From: Gammaproteobacteria bacterium
GTDB taxonomy: Bacteria; Pseudomonadota; Gammaproteobacteria; Ga0077536
Length of the DNA: 64,000 nt
NCBI GenBank assembly: GCA_963662545.2
Contig: CAXXLL010000002.1
Span: forward strand, 160,001 to 224,000
Reading direction: 5' to 3'
This document shows, in pieces, positions 46,517-56,033 of the stretch. The notes under the pieces were generated by a model. The model searched no databases. It had not been told where the DNA came from and saw only the letters and a list, made by a program, of their open reading frames with translations. Positions within the stretch are counted from its first letter, which is position 1. The number at the start of each line of letters is the position of its first letter. Position numbers and translations under genes: made by a program.

Positions 46517-46529
46517 CAGGTACCGGGCG

Positions 46530-47003
46530 ATGCCAAATGCAACCATTATCGAAGGTCAACTCGTGCTCGAGGCCGAAGCGAATATTGCGATCATCTGCGC
46601 GCGTTTCAATAGTTTTATCGTTGAGCAGCTCCAATCCGGGTGTATCGAAGCGCTGCGTCGCCACGGTGTTTCCGAAGAACACCTTACCGTGGTGCGGACG
46701 CCTGGCGCTTTCGAAATACCATTGGTCGCGCAAAAGCTCGCTGGATCGGGCAAATATGACGCCGTGATTGCGCTCGGTTGCGTCATTCGCGGATCCACCG
46801 CTCATTTCGAACACATCTGCAGCGTCTGTTCACACGGACTCGCGGCAGCGGCCCGCGATACCGGCGTTCCGGTCGTATTCGGCGTTCTGACGACGAACAA
46901 CATTGAACAGGCAATAGAACGGGCAGGTACGAAAGCGGGGAACAAAGGCGCGGATGCGGCGGCGACGGCGATCGAAATGATTTCGTTGATGCGACAACTG
47001 TAA
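46530..47003 (+). CDS. ribH: Lumazine synthase
   Basis: [26 protein letters not shown]. Confidence 0.96.
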   Translation: MPNATIIEGQLVLEAEANIAIICARFNSFIVEQLQSGCIEALRRHGVSEEHLTVVRTPGAFEIPLVAQKLAGSGKYDAVIALGCVIRGSTAHFEHICSVCSHGLAAAARDTGVPVVFGVLTTNNIEQAIERAGTKAGNKGADAAATAIEMISLMRQL

Positions 47004-47005
47004 AA

Positions 47006-47449
47006 ATGGCCGCCCGGGGAGGACATCGCGCACGGATTCGCGCCCGCAGATGCGCCGTGCAGGCCCTGTATCAATGGCAGATCGCCGGGCACGAACCTTG
47101 CGATATCCTCACCGAGTTCGTGGCCGAGCGCGAACTCATCAGCGTGGACATGGATTATTTCGCAATACTCATATCGGAAATCCCCACTCAGTTCGATATC
47201 CTGCAGGCCGATCTTCAGTCCTGCCTGGATCGTGAATGGAAACAACTCGATCCCGTGGAACGTAGCGTTCTGCTGATCGGCGCCTACGAGATGCGAAACT
47301 GCCCCGAGGTTCCTTATCGCGTGGTCATCAACGAAGGCGTCGAGTTGTGTAAGATGTTCGGCACGGTTGAGGGACATCGATATGTCAACGGTGTACTCGA
47401 CAAGTTGGCGAAGGACCGACGAACACCGGAAATCGCCTCAACAGAATAA
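47006..47449 (+). CDS. nusB: Transcription antitermination factor NusB
   Basis: ARRCAVQALYQW, VVINEGVEL, YVNGVLD. Confidence 0.95.
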   Translation: MAARGGHRARIRARRCAVQALYQWQIAGHEPCDILTEFVAERELISVDMDYFAILISEIPTQFDILQADLQSCLDREWKQLDPVERSVLLIGAYEMRNCPEVPYRVVINEGVELCKMFGTVEGHRYVNGVLDKLAKDRRTPEIASTE

Positions 47450-47473
47450 ACCGAAACCCGTCGTTTTTTGCCC

Positions 47474-48433
47474 ATGGATGAGTTCGACCTCATCAAACGA
47501 TATTTCCAAGCGCTGGAATCCGCGCGCGGCGATGTAAATATCGGAATCGGGGACGACGCCGCAATCGTCGCATGGGATTCAGCGGATGACATGGCTATCG
47601 CCGTCGATACCCTTGTCGAAGGCGTCCATTTTCCGGCCGGCATGCCGGCCGACGCGGTCGGCTACAAGGCCGTGGCCGTCAATCTCAGCGATTTCGCCGC
47701 GATGGGTGCAATGCCGCGCTATGCGACGCTCGCCCTGACTCTTCCGCGGGCGGACGCCGATTGGCTCGAGGCGTTCGCGAACGGCATGAATAAAGCCTTG
47801 GTGGACGCCGACACGGTACTTGTCGGCGGCGATACGACACGCGGCCCGTTGACGGTCACGGTACAACTCGTGGGTCCATGCGAGGGTGCGCCGATGACGC
47901 GTGCGGGAGCCGAGCCCGACGACGTGATCCTGGTATCAGGAAGTCTGGGTGATGCGTGTGCGGGGCTCGAACTGCTGCGTGGCAATATGCCCCCGTCAGG
48001 CGGCGACGAACGAGAACTGATTCGACGATTTCTGCGGCCCGAAGCCCGCCTCGAACTCGGCCGCGCCTGTCGGATACACGCGCATGCGGCCATCGATATT
48101 TCCGACGGATTGCTCGCCGACGTGGCTCACGTCATGACGGCCAGTGCTTGCCGCGCGGAACTTGAAATCGACGTGGTGCCGCTCTCCGCCGCCCTGACAT
48201 CTACTGTCGAACGTGGTCGTGCACTGCAATATGCAGTGGCGGGTGGTGACGATTATGAATTGGTCCTGTGTGTGCCGCCGGCCGCTCTCGACCGCGTCCT
48301 AGAGGAAGCAGATCGAATCGCCGTACCATTGACATCGATCGGGCGTGTGGTCGTGGGTGAGGGCGTTATCTGCCGCGATGCCGACGGCGCGGACGTAACG
48401 CCGCGCGAGAAGGGATACGTCCATTTCGACTGA
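47474..48433 (+). CDS. thiL: Thiamine-monophosphate kinase
   Basis: EFDLIKRYF, GIGDDAA, NLSDFAAMGA, GGDT, DISDGL, GDDYEL. Confidence 0.95.
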   Translation: MDEFDLIKRYFQALESARGDVNIGIGDDAAIVAWDSADDMAIAVDTLVEGVHFPAGMPADAVGYKAVAVNLSDFAAMGAMPRYATLALTLPRADADWLEAFANGMNKALVDADTVLVGGDTTRGPLTVTVQLVGPCEGAPMTRAGAEPDDVILVSGSLGDACAGLELLRGNMPPSGGDERELIRRFLRPEARLELGRACRIHAHAAIDISDGLLADVAHVMTASACRAELEIDVVPLSAALTSTVERGRALQYAVAGGDDYELVLCVPPAALDRVLEEADRIAVPLTSIGRVVVGEGVICRDADGADVTPREKGYVHFD

Positions 48434-48462
48434 CAGAAGCCGCCCTTCATGCAATAGGCGGT

Positions 48463-48984
48463 CTAGAGCTGAACGAAACCCGCGGATTTGAGTCGTTCGA
48501 TTTCGTCGGGCCCATAGGGCACGAACTCGACGAACGGAGGGACTTCCGATTCCTCGAGGCCAAAGCTCGCGGCGGAGGTGGCACACATCTTGAAATCAAA
48601 AACGTCGAAGGCGTCGAGTTTTACGGCGAGGTCGACAATGTTCTGATATTTCGAATAATTCCGGGACGAGAAAAAATCAATGTCAGGACCGTGGAGCACG
48701 AGCACGACTTTGAGGCTCGCGCGTTCGGCGGCGGGCGTGTCTTCGTAAATCATGTGGGCGCGATCGAGCAACGCGAAAAATTCTTCCGCGCTGTGTCCAA
48801 TGACGTCGAAATAGAACCCGGCTTCACCGGCCGGCGCGGGCACGTCATTCTGCGACGGCGCCTGCGGTAACCGGATCGCGGCGGTGTCGGGCGTCTCGTC
48901 CTCGGGTGCGGTAAGAAACAGCGCCATGAGAACGACGGCAGCGCATGCTCCTATCACTACGACTGTTTTCAAGACGGGATTCAT
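48463..48984 (-). CDS. Membrane-anchored/exported DsrE-like protein
   Basis: N-terminal hydrophobic segment; VVLVLHGPDIDFF and KMCATS (single Cys) and VPYGPDEIERL fit the DsrE/DsrF-like pattern. Confidence 0.7.
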   Translation of the reverse strand: MNPVLKTVVVIGACAAVVLMALFLTAPEDETPDTAAIRLPQAPSQNDVPAPAGEAGFYFDVIGHSAEEFFALLDRAHMIYEDTPAAERASLKVVLVLHGPDIDFFSSRNYSKYQNIVDLAVKLDAFDVFDFKMCATSAASFGLEESEVPPFVEFVPYGPDEIERLKSAGFVQL

Positions 48985-49105
48985 GGCAATCGGCGAAACT
49001 ATCCTGGCGGGGCGCGATTGGGCGGCCCCGGGGCCTCCATTTTATGGCTAAAAGTTGCGGTTACGAATGGGTAGCCGGTCCAGCCGCCAGATCAATCTAT
49101 GTCCC

Positions 49106-49129
49106 CCTATCTACTGATAGGTATATACT
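49106..49129 (+). promoter_or_regulatory. Palindromic operator next to the -10 box of the TetR gene
   Basis: CCTATC-TACT-GATAGG followed 2 nt later by TATACT (49124-49129). Confidence 0.65.
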
Positions 49130-49160
49130 ACTGGCCGTTTCGAACGGTGGGTGTGTGGAC

Positions 49161-49820
49161 GTGGCGGCAACAACGGGCGGCATGGCGGACAGGATCCTGG
49201 CCACAGCGCAGCTGATGGTCCAGCAGCGGGGTTTTCACGCCTTTAGCTACCGCGACATCGCGGCCGAAATCGGTATTAAATCGGCCAGCATTCATTACCA
49301 TTTCCCGACCAAGCCGGATCTCGCCCGCGCGATTCTGGACCGCATCACCGTCGCCTTCGACGCACGCCTCAAAGAACTCGACCTATTGTCCGACCCGCGG
49401 GAGAAATTATGGCGGTTCTGTGCGATATTCCTCGATACCTTTCAGGGCGGCGATCGCCTGTGCGCTTTCTGTATGGTCGCGACCGCACAGGACGGCGTGC
49501 CCGCCACCGTGCGTGAACGTGTGACTGACTTTTGGGAAACCGGCGAGATCTGGCTGGAAGGCGTCCTCGAAGAAGGCCGCGCGGACGGCCGCCTTGCGTT
49601 CTCGGCGAGTTCGCAAGCGGTCGCGCGGCTTTTCATCGCTGGGCTCGAAGGCGGTATGGTTACGGCGCGGGCTTTTGAAGATCGAACGCGTTTCATTGCC
49701 ATTGCGGATCAACTCGTGGCATCCGTCATGCCGTCAGGGGTGAAACCTGAGTCGCTTGATAGGGTCCAACCGGATAGACGGGTTCGATCGAGCGGCGGCG
49801 ATCCTACGATCGTTCTGTGA
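49161..49820 (+). CDS. TetR/AcrR family regulator
   Basis: HTH GFHAFSYRDIAAEIGIKSASIHYHFPTK; C-domain LCAFC; start GTG 49161 or ATG 49182. Confidence 0.9.
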   Translation: MAATTGGMADRILATAQLMVQQRGFHAFSYRDIAAEIGIKSASIHYHFPTKPDLARAILDRITVAFDARLKELDLLSDPREKLWRFCAIFLDTFQGGDRLCAFCMVATAQDGVPATVRERVTDFWETGEIWLEGVLEEGRADGRLAFSASSQAVARLFIAGLEGGMVTARAFEDRTRFIAIADQLVASVMPSGVKPESLDRVQPDRRVRSSGGDPTIVL

Positions 49821-49870
49821 TGAAGAGCATCCGCGAAGCCGGGTAAAGGTCGCGGTTGAAGGAGAAGGAA

Positions 49871-50680
49871 ATGAGACGCATGGTTGACCTGATCACGACA
49901 GCGTTGATGATCGGCGCGATTACCGCGGTGTTTCCGGCGGTCGCCGAGCAATCGGATGTGGACGTCTGGGCGACCCTGTTGAAACCCCATTACTTCGGTG
50001 ACGCCGAACTGGTGGAAGGAAATTCCGTCATCGAGATGAAAACGCCTTACCGCGCGGAGGATGCTGCGTTTACGCCGGTTTCCATCACGGCGAACATGCC
50101 GCAGACCGAAGAACGTTACATCGAGAAAATCTATCTGTTCGTCGAGAAGAATCCCCAGCCTTTGGCCGGTATTTTTCAATTGACCCCGGCGATGGGGCGT
50201 GCCGATCTCGCCATGCGCGTGCGCGTCGATATGTACACCAACGTCCGTGCGGTGGCGGTGCTGAACACCGGCGAACATCACATGGTAACGAATTTCGTCA
50301 AGGCTCAGGGCGGCTGCTCGGCGCCGCTGGCCTCGGATTTCGCAGCAGCGATGGAGAAAATCGGCTCGATGCGCTTTCGCACGATCGGCGAACGCACTAC
50401 CGAGGACCTCATCATCGGCCAGTTCATGCTAAGCCATCCGAATGTTACCGGCATGCAGGAAGACCAGAAAACCCACCTCTTTCGTCCCGCTCATTACGTG
50501 AAAACGATCAAACTCTATCAGGGCGACAAGCTCCTCATGACTGCTGAAACCGGTTTCTCCGTGAGTGAGGATCCCACGTTCCGTTTCTTCTTCCGTCCCG
50601 ATGGCTCTGCTGAACTGCGTGCGGAAGTAGAAGATTCCAAGGGCCTTTCCTGGGCAGAGAAATTCAAGATCAAAACTTGA
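49871..50680 (+). CDS. SoxY-SoxZ-like fused carrier (quinoprotein dehydrogenase-associated type)
   Basis: Strong RBS, signal peptide, RAEDAAFTPV, KNPQP, internal VKAQGGCSAP, SoxZ-like HPNVTGMQ and SEDP. Confidence 0.85.
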   Translation: MRRMVDLITTALMIGAITAVFPAVAEQSDVDVWATLLKPHYFGDAELVEGNSVIEMKTPYRAEDAAFTPVSITANMPQTEERYIEKIYLFVEKNPQPLAGIFQLTPAMGRADLAMRVRVDMYTNVRAVAVLNTGEHHMVTNFVKAQGGCSAPLASDFAAAMEKIGSMRFRTIGERTTEDLIIGQFMLSHPNVTGMQEDQKTHLFRPAHYVKTIKLYQGDKLLMTAETGFSVSEDPTFRFFFRPDGSAELRAEVEDSKGLSWAEKFKIKT

Positions 50681-50759
50681 GAAGATTTCGTAAGTTCTGA
50701 ATGTTGCCCGTCTGGATACGCTAGAATCCGGCGCAACATTCCACCAAGCGGCCTACCCT

Positions 50760-51512
50760 ATGACCGGTAATTTCCGCCAACGACTCATCGCCGGCGAAAC
50801 CCTGATCGGCACCATCGTCACGCTCGAATCCCCCGAGATCGTCGAAGCTCTGTGTCATATCGGGTTCGACTGGCTGTTCATTGAAACCGAGCACTCACCA
50901 CTGCTTCCGCACGCAGTGCAGCAGATCATCCAGACGGCGGGCGACACGCCGTGTGTCGTGCGCCTGTCACGCAGCGACGAAATCTCGATCAAGCGCGCGC
51001 TCGACGCCGGTGCAGCCGGCATCATCGTGCCGCAGGTCAATTCGGCAGCACATGCCAGGCTTGTTGTCAGCTACGCAAAGTACGCGCCGATGGGAACGCG
51101 CGGCATCGGTTTGAGCAGGGCCAGCAAGTACGGGCTTAACTTCGAAGACTATGTGGCGAACGCCAACGAGAACACCGCAGTCATCGTCCAGGCCGAACAT
51201 ATCGATGCGGTCGAAAACATCGACGAAATCTGTGAGGTGGAAGGCGTCGATGCCGTTTTCATTGGTCCCTACGATCTTTCCGCAAGCCTCAACAAGATCG
51301 GTCGCCTGCGCGACCGTGAGGTGCTGGATGCGATGAACCGCGTACGTGATGCCTGCCTTGAAAAGGGCGTAAAGCTCGGCGTCTACGGCCGTGGGCCCGA
51401 AGAAGTAGTGCCCTACGAGGCCGAGGGCTACAACCTGCTTTGCTGTGGCGCCGACATCGCGATTTATGCGGCCGGCGCGCAGCACTTGCTCGAAACCTTG
51501 CGCGACAAATAG
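50760..51512 (+). CDS. HpcH/HpaI class II aldolase
   Basis: GFDWLFIETEH, ALDAGA, GTRG, DAVFIGPYDLS. Confidence 0.9.
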   Translation: MTGNFRQRLIAGETLIGTIVTLESPEIVEALCHIGFDWLFIETEHSPLLPHAVQQIIQTAGDTPCVVRLSRSDEISIKRALDAGAAGIIVPQVNSAAHARLVVSYAKYAPMGTRGIGLSRASKYGLNFEDYVANANENTAVIVQAEHIDAVENIDEICEVEGVDAVFIGPYDLSASLNKIGRLRDREVLDAMNRVRDACLEKGVKLGVYGRGPEEVVPYEAEGYNLLCCGADIAIYAAGAQHLLETLRDK

Positions 51513-51521
51513 GACCTCCGA

Positions 51522-52184
51522 ATGGATGCGGGCTTACGAAAGGCGTTGCTGGAACTGGATTGCGCATCGCTCGCAGACGCCGACAAGTCGCTCAGGGTCG
51601 TCGATGCGTCGATCCGTCCACTCAATCCGGGCCGAAAATTAGTCGGCGTCGCCCGCACCCTGCGCTGTCACGAGGATTTTCTGACGGTGATCAAGGCGCT
51701 GGACGAATCGCGTCCGGGCGAAATTCTGGTCATTGACACGCAGGGCGGCAGGCGAGCGGTGGTCGGCGAATTATTTTCGCTCGAAGCGGCGCGGCGCGGC
51801 TTGGCGGGGATCATCGTTGACGGTGCGGTGCGGGACACGCGTACCATTCGTACCCTCGACATCCCGGTATATGCCCGTGCGTTCTGCCCCTGCTCGGGCA
51901 CGACGCACAGCTTGATGGAGACGCAGTGCCGCATTGAATGCGGCGGCGTCCCGGTGGAACCCGGCGACATCGTCGTGGGCGACGAGGACGGCATCGTGAT
52001 CGCGACCGAAGAAGAGTTGCAAGCGCTGGTTCCGACCGCGATGGAGATCGAGCGCACCGAAGCGCAAGTTCGCGACCGTATGGCGGCTGGAACGGGACTC
52101 ATCGACATGCTCAACTATCATGAACACGCCGCGGCCGTGGCGCGCAGCGAAGACAGCAAGCTGCAGTTCAAGCTCAACGAATAG
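51522..52184 (+). CDS. RraA-like / HMG aldolase family protein
   Basis: LADA, PGEILVID, GELF, DGAVRD, PGDIVVGDEDG. Confidence 0.85.
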   Translation: MDAGLRKALLELDCASLADADKSLRVVDASIRPLNPGRKLVGVARTLRCHEDFLTVIKALDESRPGEILVIDTQGGRRAVVGELFSLEAARRGLAGIIVDGAVRDTRTIRTLDIPVYARAFCPCSGTTHSLMETQCRIECGGVPVEPGDIVVGDEDGIVIATEEELQALVPTAMEIERTEAQVRDRMAAGTGLIDMLNYHEHAAAVARSEDSKLQFKLNE

Positions 52185-52185
52185 G

Positions 52186-52560
52186 GTGGACCGCGATAGG
52201 GTATCTCGGTTTCGCGGGCCAGCCCTGGTTGGCCTCCTCACCGGATTTATCATCGATATCGCGCCCGGCATGGAACCCGACGGCGAGGCTCTGGCACGCG
52301 ATCTCGCACAGTGCGCGGCCTTTTTCTTCAATGCCACGAACGCTCGTCCCATGGAAGAATACGAGCGCCTCTATGGAGCGGGAGAACGAGCCGTCAATCG
52401 CGCAATGCAGATTCTCGGGCGCACCACGATCGACCGCCTGATCGGCGATGCGTCTGTGGAAATGACCGCGGACATGGGTCAGGATTGGAGAAATTTCGGC
52501 CGCATCGAGGCACGCTTAGGTGAGCAGTGCTGGGAGTTGGTCGGTATCGACCGTGAGTGA
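52186..52560 (+). CDS. Hypothetical protein, possibly exported
   Basis: GTG directly after the RraA-like stop; basic/hydrophobic N-terminus; two Cys. Confidence 0.5.
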   Translation: MDRDRVSRFRGPALVGLLTGFIIDIAPGMEPDGEALARDLAQCAAFFFNATNARPMEEYERLYGAGERAVNRAMQILGRTTIDRLIGDASVEMTADMGQDWRNFGRIEARLGEQCWELVGIDRE

Positions 52561-52633
52561 GGTGAAGGCCGTATCGGTACCGCTGCCGAAATAGTGAACG
52601 CCTGCAGCGTAACCCGGTGATCGGATATGCAGC

Positions 52634-53131
52634 TTAGGCGTCGAGTCCGCGCAGGTACCAGATCAGGTCCATTTCCGGTACGTTGTGTCCGAATCCGGAT
52701 ATGGCTGAGGAGATCTGTCCGCGATGATGGGTCCCGTGATTGAATACGTGCAGTAATATTGAAGGCAGCGAGTCGCGAAAATCTGCACCCGACATGTTCT
52801 GGTAGACGAGATCGCGGGCAAGCGCACCCTCGTCCTGCCCTGCGATCCAGGTCTTCCATCGGGCGGATTGTGTATAAAGCCTGCGTTCCAGTTCGGCACG
52901 GTCGCCCTCGAGTTCCGCGTCCAGGCCGGGTACATCGAACGGCTCTTCAGCGCAGCGTCCATACCAGACATTGTCGCCGACGAGCAGGTGATTCAGCGTT
53001 CCGTGAATACTTCGAAAAAACAGTCCCGAATCAGCGAAATACTGATCGCCAGATACAGAGAGCAGGGCGCCGTAAAGCACTTCGAAGGCCCAGACGTGGT
53101 AGTCGGCCAGCATCAGTAAATGATTTTTCAC
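52634..53131 (-). CDS. DinB family protein
   Basis: FFRSIHGTLNHLL...W and LHVFNHGTHHRGQ metal-binding His pattern. Confidence 0.9.
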   Translation of the reverse strand: MKNHLLMLADYHVWAFEVLYGALLSVSGDQYFADSGLFFRSIHGTLNHLLVGDNVWYGRCAEEPFDVPGLDAELEGDRAELERRLYTQSARWKTWIAGQDEGALARDLVYQNMSGADFRDSLPSILLHVFNHGTHHRGQISSAISGFGHNVPEMDLIWYLRGLDA

Positions 53132-53220
53132 GGAGTTCTCTAAAATACCGATATGCGCGCAGTAGGTCATAGCCTACCGCATGATATTGATGAAAAATAA
53201 GCCTTAAAAAAGGATTGAAT

Positions 53221-54816
53221 ATGAATGGCGCTCACGCCTTGCTAGATGCGCTGGTCGACGCCGGCGTCAAAGTCTGTTTCGCCAACCCGGGCACCTCGGA
53301 GATGCACCTGGTTTCGGCCATCGGCAAAAGCGACGCCATGCGCCCGGTCCTGTGCCTGTTCGAAGGCGTCGTTTCAGGGGCGGCCGATGGCTATGCGCGC
53401 ATGAGCGGAAAACCTGCGATCACCTTGCTGCATCTCGGACCCGGATTCTCCAACAGCATGGCGAATCTGCATAACGCGCGCCGCGCGCATTCGCCGCTCG
53501 TCAACATCGTCGGCGATCACGCTACCTGGCATCACAAGTACGACGCGCCGTTGACATCCGACGTACCTGCGCATGCCCGCATCCATTCGCATTGGCTCAA
53601 GGTAACGGAGTCCGCCGACGACCTGGCCCTGGCCGGAGCCGAGGCGGTGCAGGCATCGATGGAAGGCGCGGGCAAGATCTCGACCCTCATCGTGCCGGCG
53701 AATCATGCCTGGGAGCCGGCGACGAAATCCTATGATCGCCTGCCGCGCCCGGAGTTGCCGGCCGTTATTGACGCGCACGTCGATGCAGCCGCGAAGGCTT
53801 TGAAGAATGGCAGGCGAACGGCGCTGCTACTCGGCGGCCACGCCCTGCGCGATCCGTCCCTAGCGTCCGTCGGACGGGTTGCGGCGGCCACCGGCGCGGC
53901 GCTGTTGTGCGAAACGTTTTCGGCCCGACTTGAGCGAGGCGCCGGGCGTGTTCCCTTGCAGCGCATTCCGTATTTTGCGGAACTGGCCAGCGAATATCTG
54001 AAGGAATTCGAGCAGATGATCCTGATTGGCGCACAAAGACCGGTCGCTTTTTTCGCGTATCCGGACGTCGCGAGCCTGCTCGTGACCGAAACCTGCGAAA
54101 TGATCGAACTGGCCGGTGTCGATGACGATATTTCCGCTACACTCGCCGCGCTTGCAGACGCACTCGATGCGCCGGCGAACGTCGCCGTGCAGCAACGCGT
54201 CGCATCTGTCGTGCCTGATGGCGAGCTGACTCCCGCCGCTGTCGGCGACGTCATCAGCGCGCTGCTGCCCGAGCAGACGATTCTGGTTGACGAAGGGATT
54301 ACCTGCGGTCTGGAACTCTTCACCCGCACCGTGGGCGCGGCGCCGCACGACTGGCTCTCGATAACAGGCGGGTCGATCGGCCACGGCCTGCCGGTCAGTT
54401 TGGGCGCGAGTATCGCCTGCCCGCAGCGCAAAGTCGTTGCGTTTCAGGCGGACGGCAGCGCTATGTATACGGTACAGACCCTGTGGAGCATGATGCGTGA
54501 AGAGACTGACGTTACGGTGGTGTTGATGAACAACGGCAGCTACGCCATTCTCAACATTGAGCTCACGCGGCTCAAGACGGGTGAGCCCACGCCAAAGACG
54601 CTGTCCATGCTCGACCTGTCAAACCCGGACATCGATTGGGTGAGCATCGCCCGGGGCATGCAGATGCCCGCGAACCGTGCGGCGACGGTCGCGGAATTTC
54701 ATCAACAGTTTGGAGAAGCCATGCAAACGCGCGGGCCGTGCCTGATCGAGGTGAAGCTTGCGCAGCGGCCGGGCGCAATTGCTTATTCAGAGGTTCCTCA
54801 GATTCCGGATTCCTGA
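53221..54816 (+). CDS. ThDP-dependent enzyme (acetolactate synthase-like, IlvX/BFDC-like subgroup)
   Basis: CFANPGTSEMH, LFEG, TLLHLGPG, ThDP motif ADGSAMY...NN. Confidence 0.88.
   Translation: MNGAHALLDALVDAGVKVCFANPGTSEMHLVSAIGKSDAMRPVLCLFEGVVSGAADGYARMSGKPAITLLHLGPGFSNSMANLHNARRAHSPLVNIVGDHATWHHKYDAPLTSDVPAHARIHSHWLKVTESADDLALAGAEAVQASMEGAGKISTLIVPANHAWEPATKSYDRLPRPELPAVIDAHVDAAAKALKNGRRTALLLGGHALRDPSLASVGRVAAATGAALLCETFSARLERGAGRVPLQRIPYFAELASEYLKEFEQMILIGAQRPVAFFAYPDVASLLVTETCEMIELAGVDDDISATLAALADALDAPANVAVQQRVASVVPDGELTPAAVGDVISALLPEQTILVDEGITCGLELFTRTVGAAPHDWLSITGGSIGHGLPVSLGASIACPQRKVVAFQADGSAMYTVQTLWSMMREETDVTVVLMNNGSYAILNIELTRLKTGEPTPKTLSMLDLSNPDIDWVSIARGMQMPANRAATVAEFHQQFGEAMQTRGPCLIEVKLAQRPGAIAYSEVPQIPDS
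54782..54797 (+). repeat. Solo MITE terminal repeat
   Basis: CTTATTCAGAGGTTCC identical to the last 16 bp of MITE copy 1. Confidence 0.7.
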
Positions 54817-55517
54817 GCGGCGATCCCTATCGCGTTCGTCAACAAGACCAATAAGGAATCGAATAGCGTCGTGCGATGCGATTCTCTAATTGCCTGCACA
54901 CCAGAGCCGGTTTCGTAACTGGGCCGCCAAACGGACTCCGCCAGCGGGGCGACCTGCCGGCCGCTCGCTCTGCCGACAACGAATTTCCCTTTCACGTCAA
55001 TCGCTTCAATTGCGATAGCGGCGTAGGCGAATACGCCGGTATCGAAAGCCTTTTGAAAACCGTAACCGCGAATATTCTGGTTGGTCTGGGTAACGTAGTC
55101 ATCCGTGACGTTCGGATAGACCACCACCACCATGTCGAGGCCTTTTACCGCGCCTGCCTGGTAAATGCGTTCGTGAATTTCACCGGTATCGCGGTAACCC
55201 CATTTGGATTCGGCAATACCAAGGAAGCTGTCGTCCCGGCGGATCCGGGTCACCTCGTACCCTTTGCGCCGCAACCGGGCCCCGACTTTTTCGTAGACGA
55301 GGGCGTCAGCGTCCCAGCCTTCCAGCACGGTGCTGGAGAACTTGCTTTCCATGGCCGATGTCGACAGGTAACTGATGTAGGGTTGCGGGTTGACCAGCGA
55401 CAGCACGCCGACCTTGGTGATCCTCGCCGCATGATCCGCGGTCATGCGTGGTTGGCTGGTATTCAGCAGGCAGCCCGTCAGCGCGGCGCAGCACAGATAG
55501 ATCAAACTTCTGATCAC
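54798..55517 (-). CDS. Hypothetical lipoprotein
   Basis: GTG start, hydrophobic stretch ending in the lipobox LTGC. Confidence 0.65.
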   Translation of the reverse strand: MIRSLIYLCCAALTGCLLNTSQPRMTADHAARITKVGVLSLVNPQPYISYLSTSAMESKFSSTVLEGWDADALVYEKVGARLRRKGYEVTRIRRDDSFLGIAESKWGYRDTGEIHERIYQAGAVKGLDMVVVVYPNVTDDYVTQTNQNIRGYGFQKAFDTGVFAYAAIAIEAIDVKGKFVVGRASGRQVAPLAESVWRPSYETGSGVQAIRESHRTTLFDSLLVLLTNAIGIAAQESGI

Positions 55518-55534
55518 ATTCGATGCCGGAATCG

Positions 55535-56029
55535 TCAAGCCTTGTCCGCGTCCCGCGTCCACCGAAAATCGCAGTGATCCGCGCCTTCCATCATTGTCTG
55601 CGTGCGTTCGAGTTTGAGATCGGGGTCTATGCCGGCAGTCATGGGCGGATCGATGCCGCAAACCATGAGCCGTCCGAACTCCCGATCACCCAGTTCGTCA
55701 AACAACTCCGCATACCGACAGCGCCGTACGTTAAACGCCATCACGGTATCGGACTGTTCCAAGGGTTCAATTTCTATGGCGTCGCGCGCGGTGAACATGG
55801 GAACGGCTTTACGCAATTTGTCGAGAGAATGCGCGCCCTCGATGCGCGCGATAGACCGTCCGAGTCCTGTTGCAAATTCGTCGACCGCTTCTTTAAGCAA
55901 TTCGCGCGCCCGGGATGGACCGATTTCGGTTTTAAGGCGCCGGTACAAGGGCATCAGAATTTCCGCCTGGATTTTGACGCGCTCGATATAAGGTAACGGA
56001 GGGGATGTTTCGTCTTGTTCCTCGCTCAT
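55535..56029 (-). CDS. L-2-amino-thiazoline-4-carboxylic acid hydrolase family protein
   Basis: FNVRRCRYAELF, MVCGID, LERTQTMMEGADHCDFR. Confidence 0.82.
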   Translation of the reverse strand: MSEEQDETSPPLPYIERVKIQAEILMPLYRRLKTEIGPSRARELLKEAVDEFATGLGRSIARIEGAHSLDKLRKAVPMFTARDAIEIEPLEQSDTVMAFNVRRCRYAELFDELGDREFGRLMVCGIDPPMTAGIDPDLKLERTQTMMEGADHCDFRWTRDADKA

Positions 56030-56033
56030 GGAA

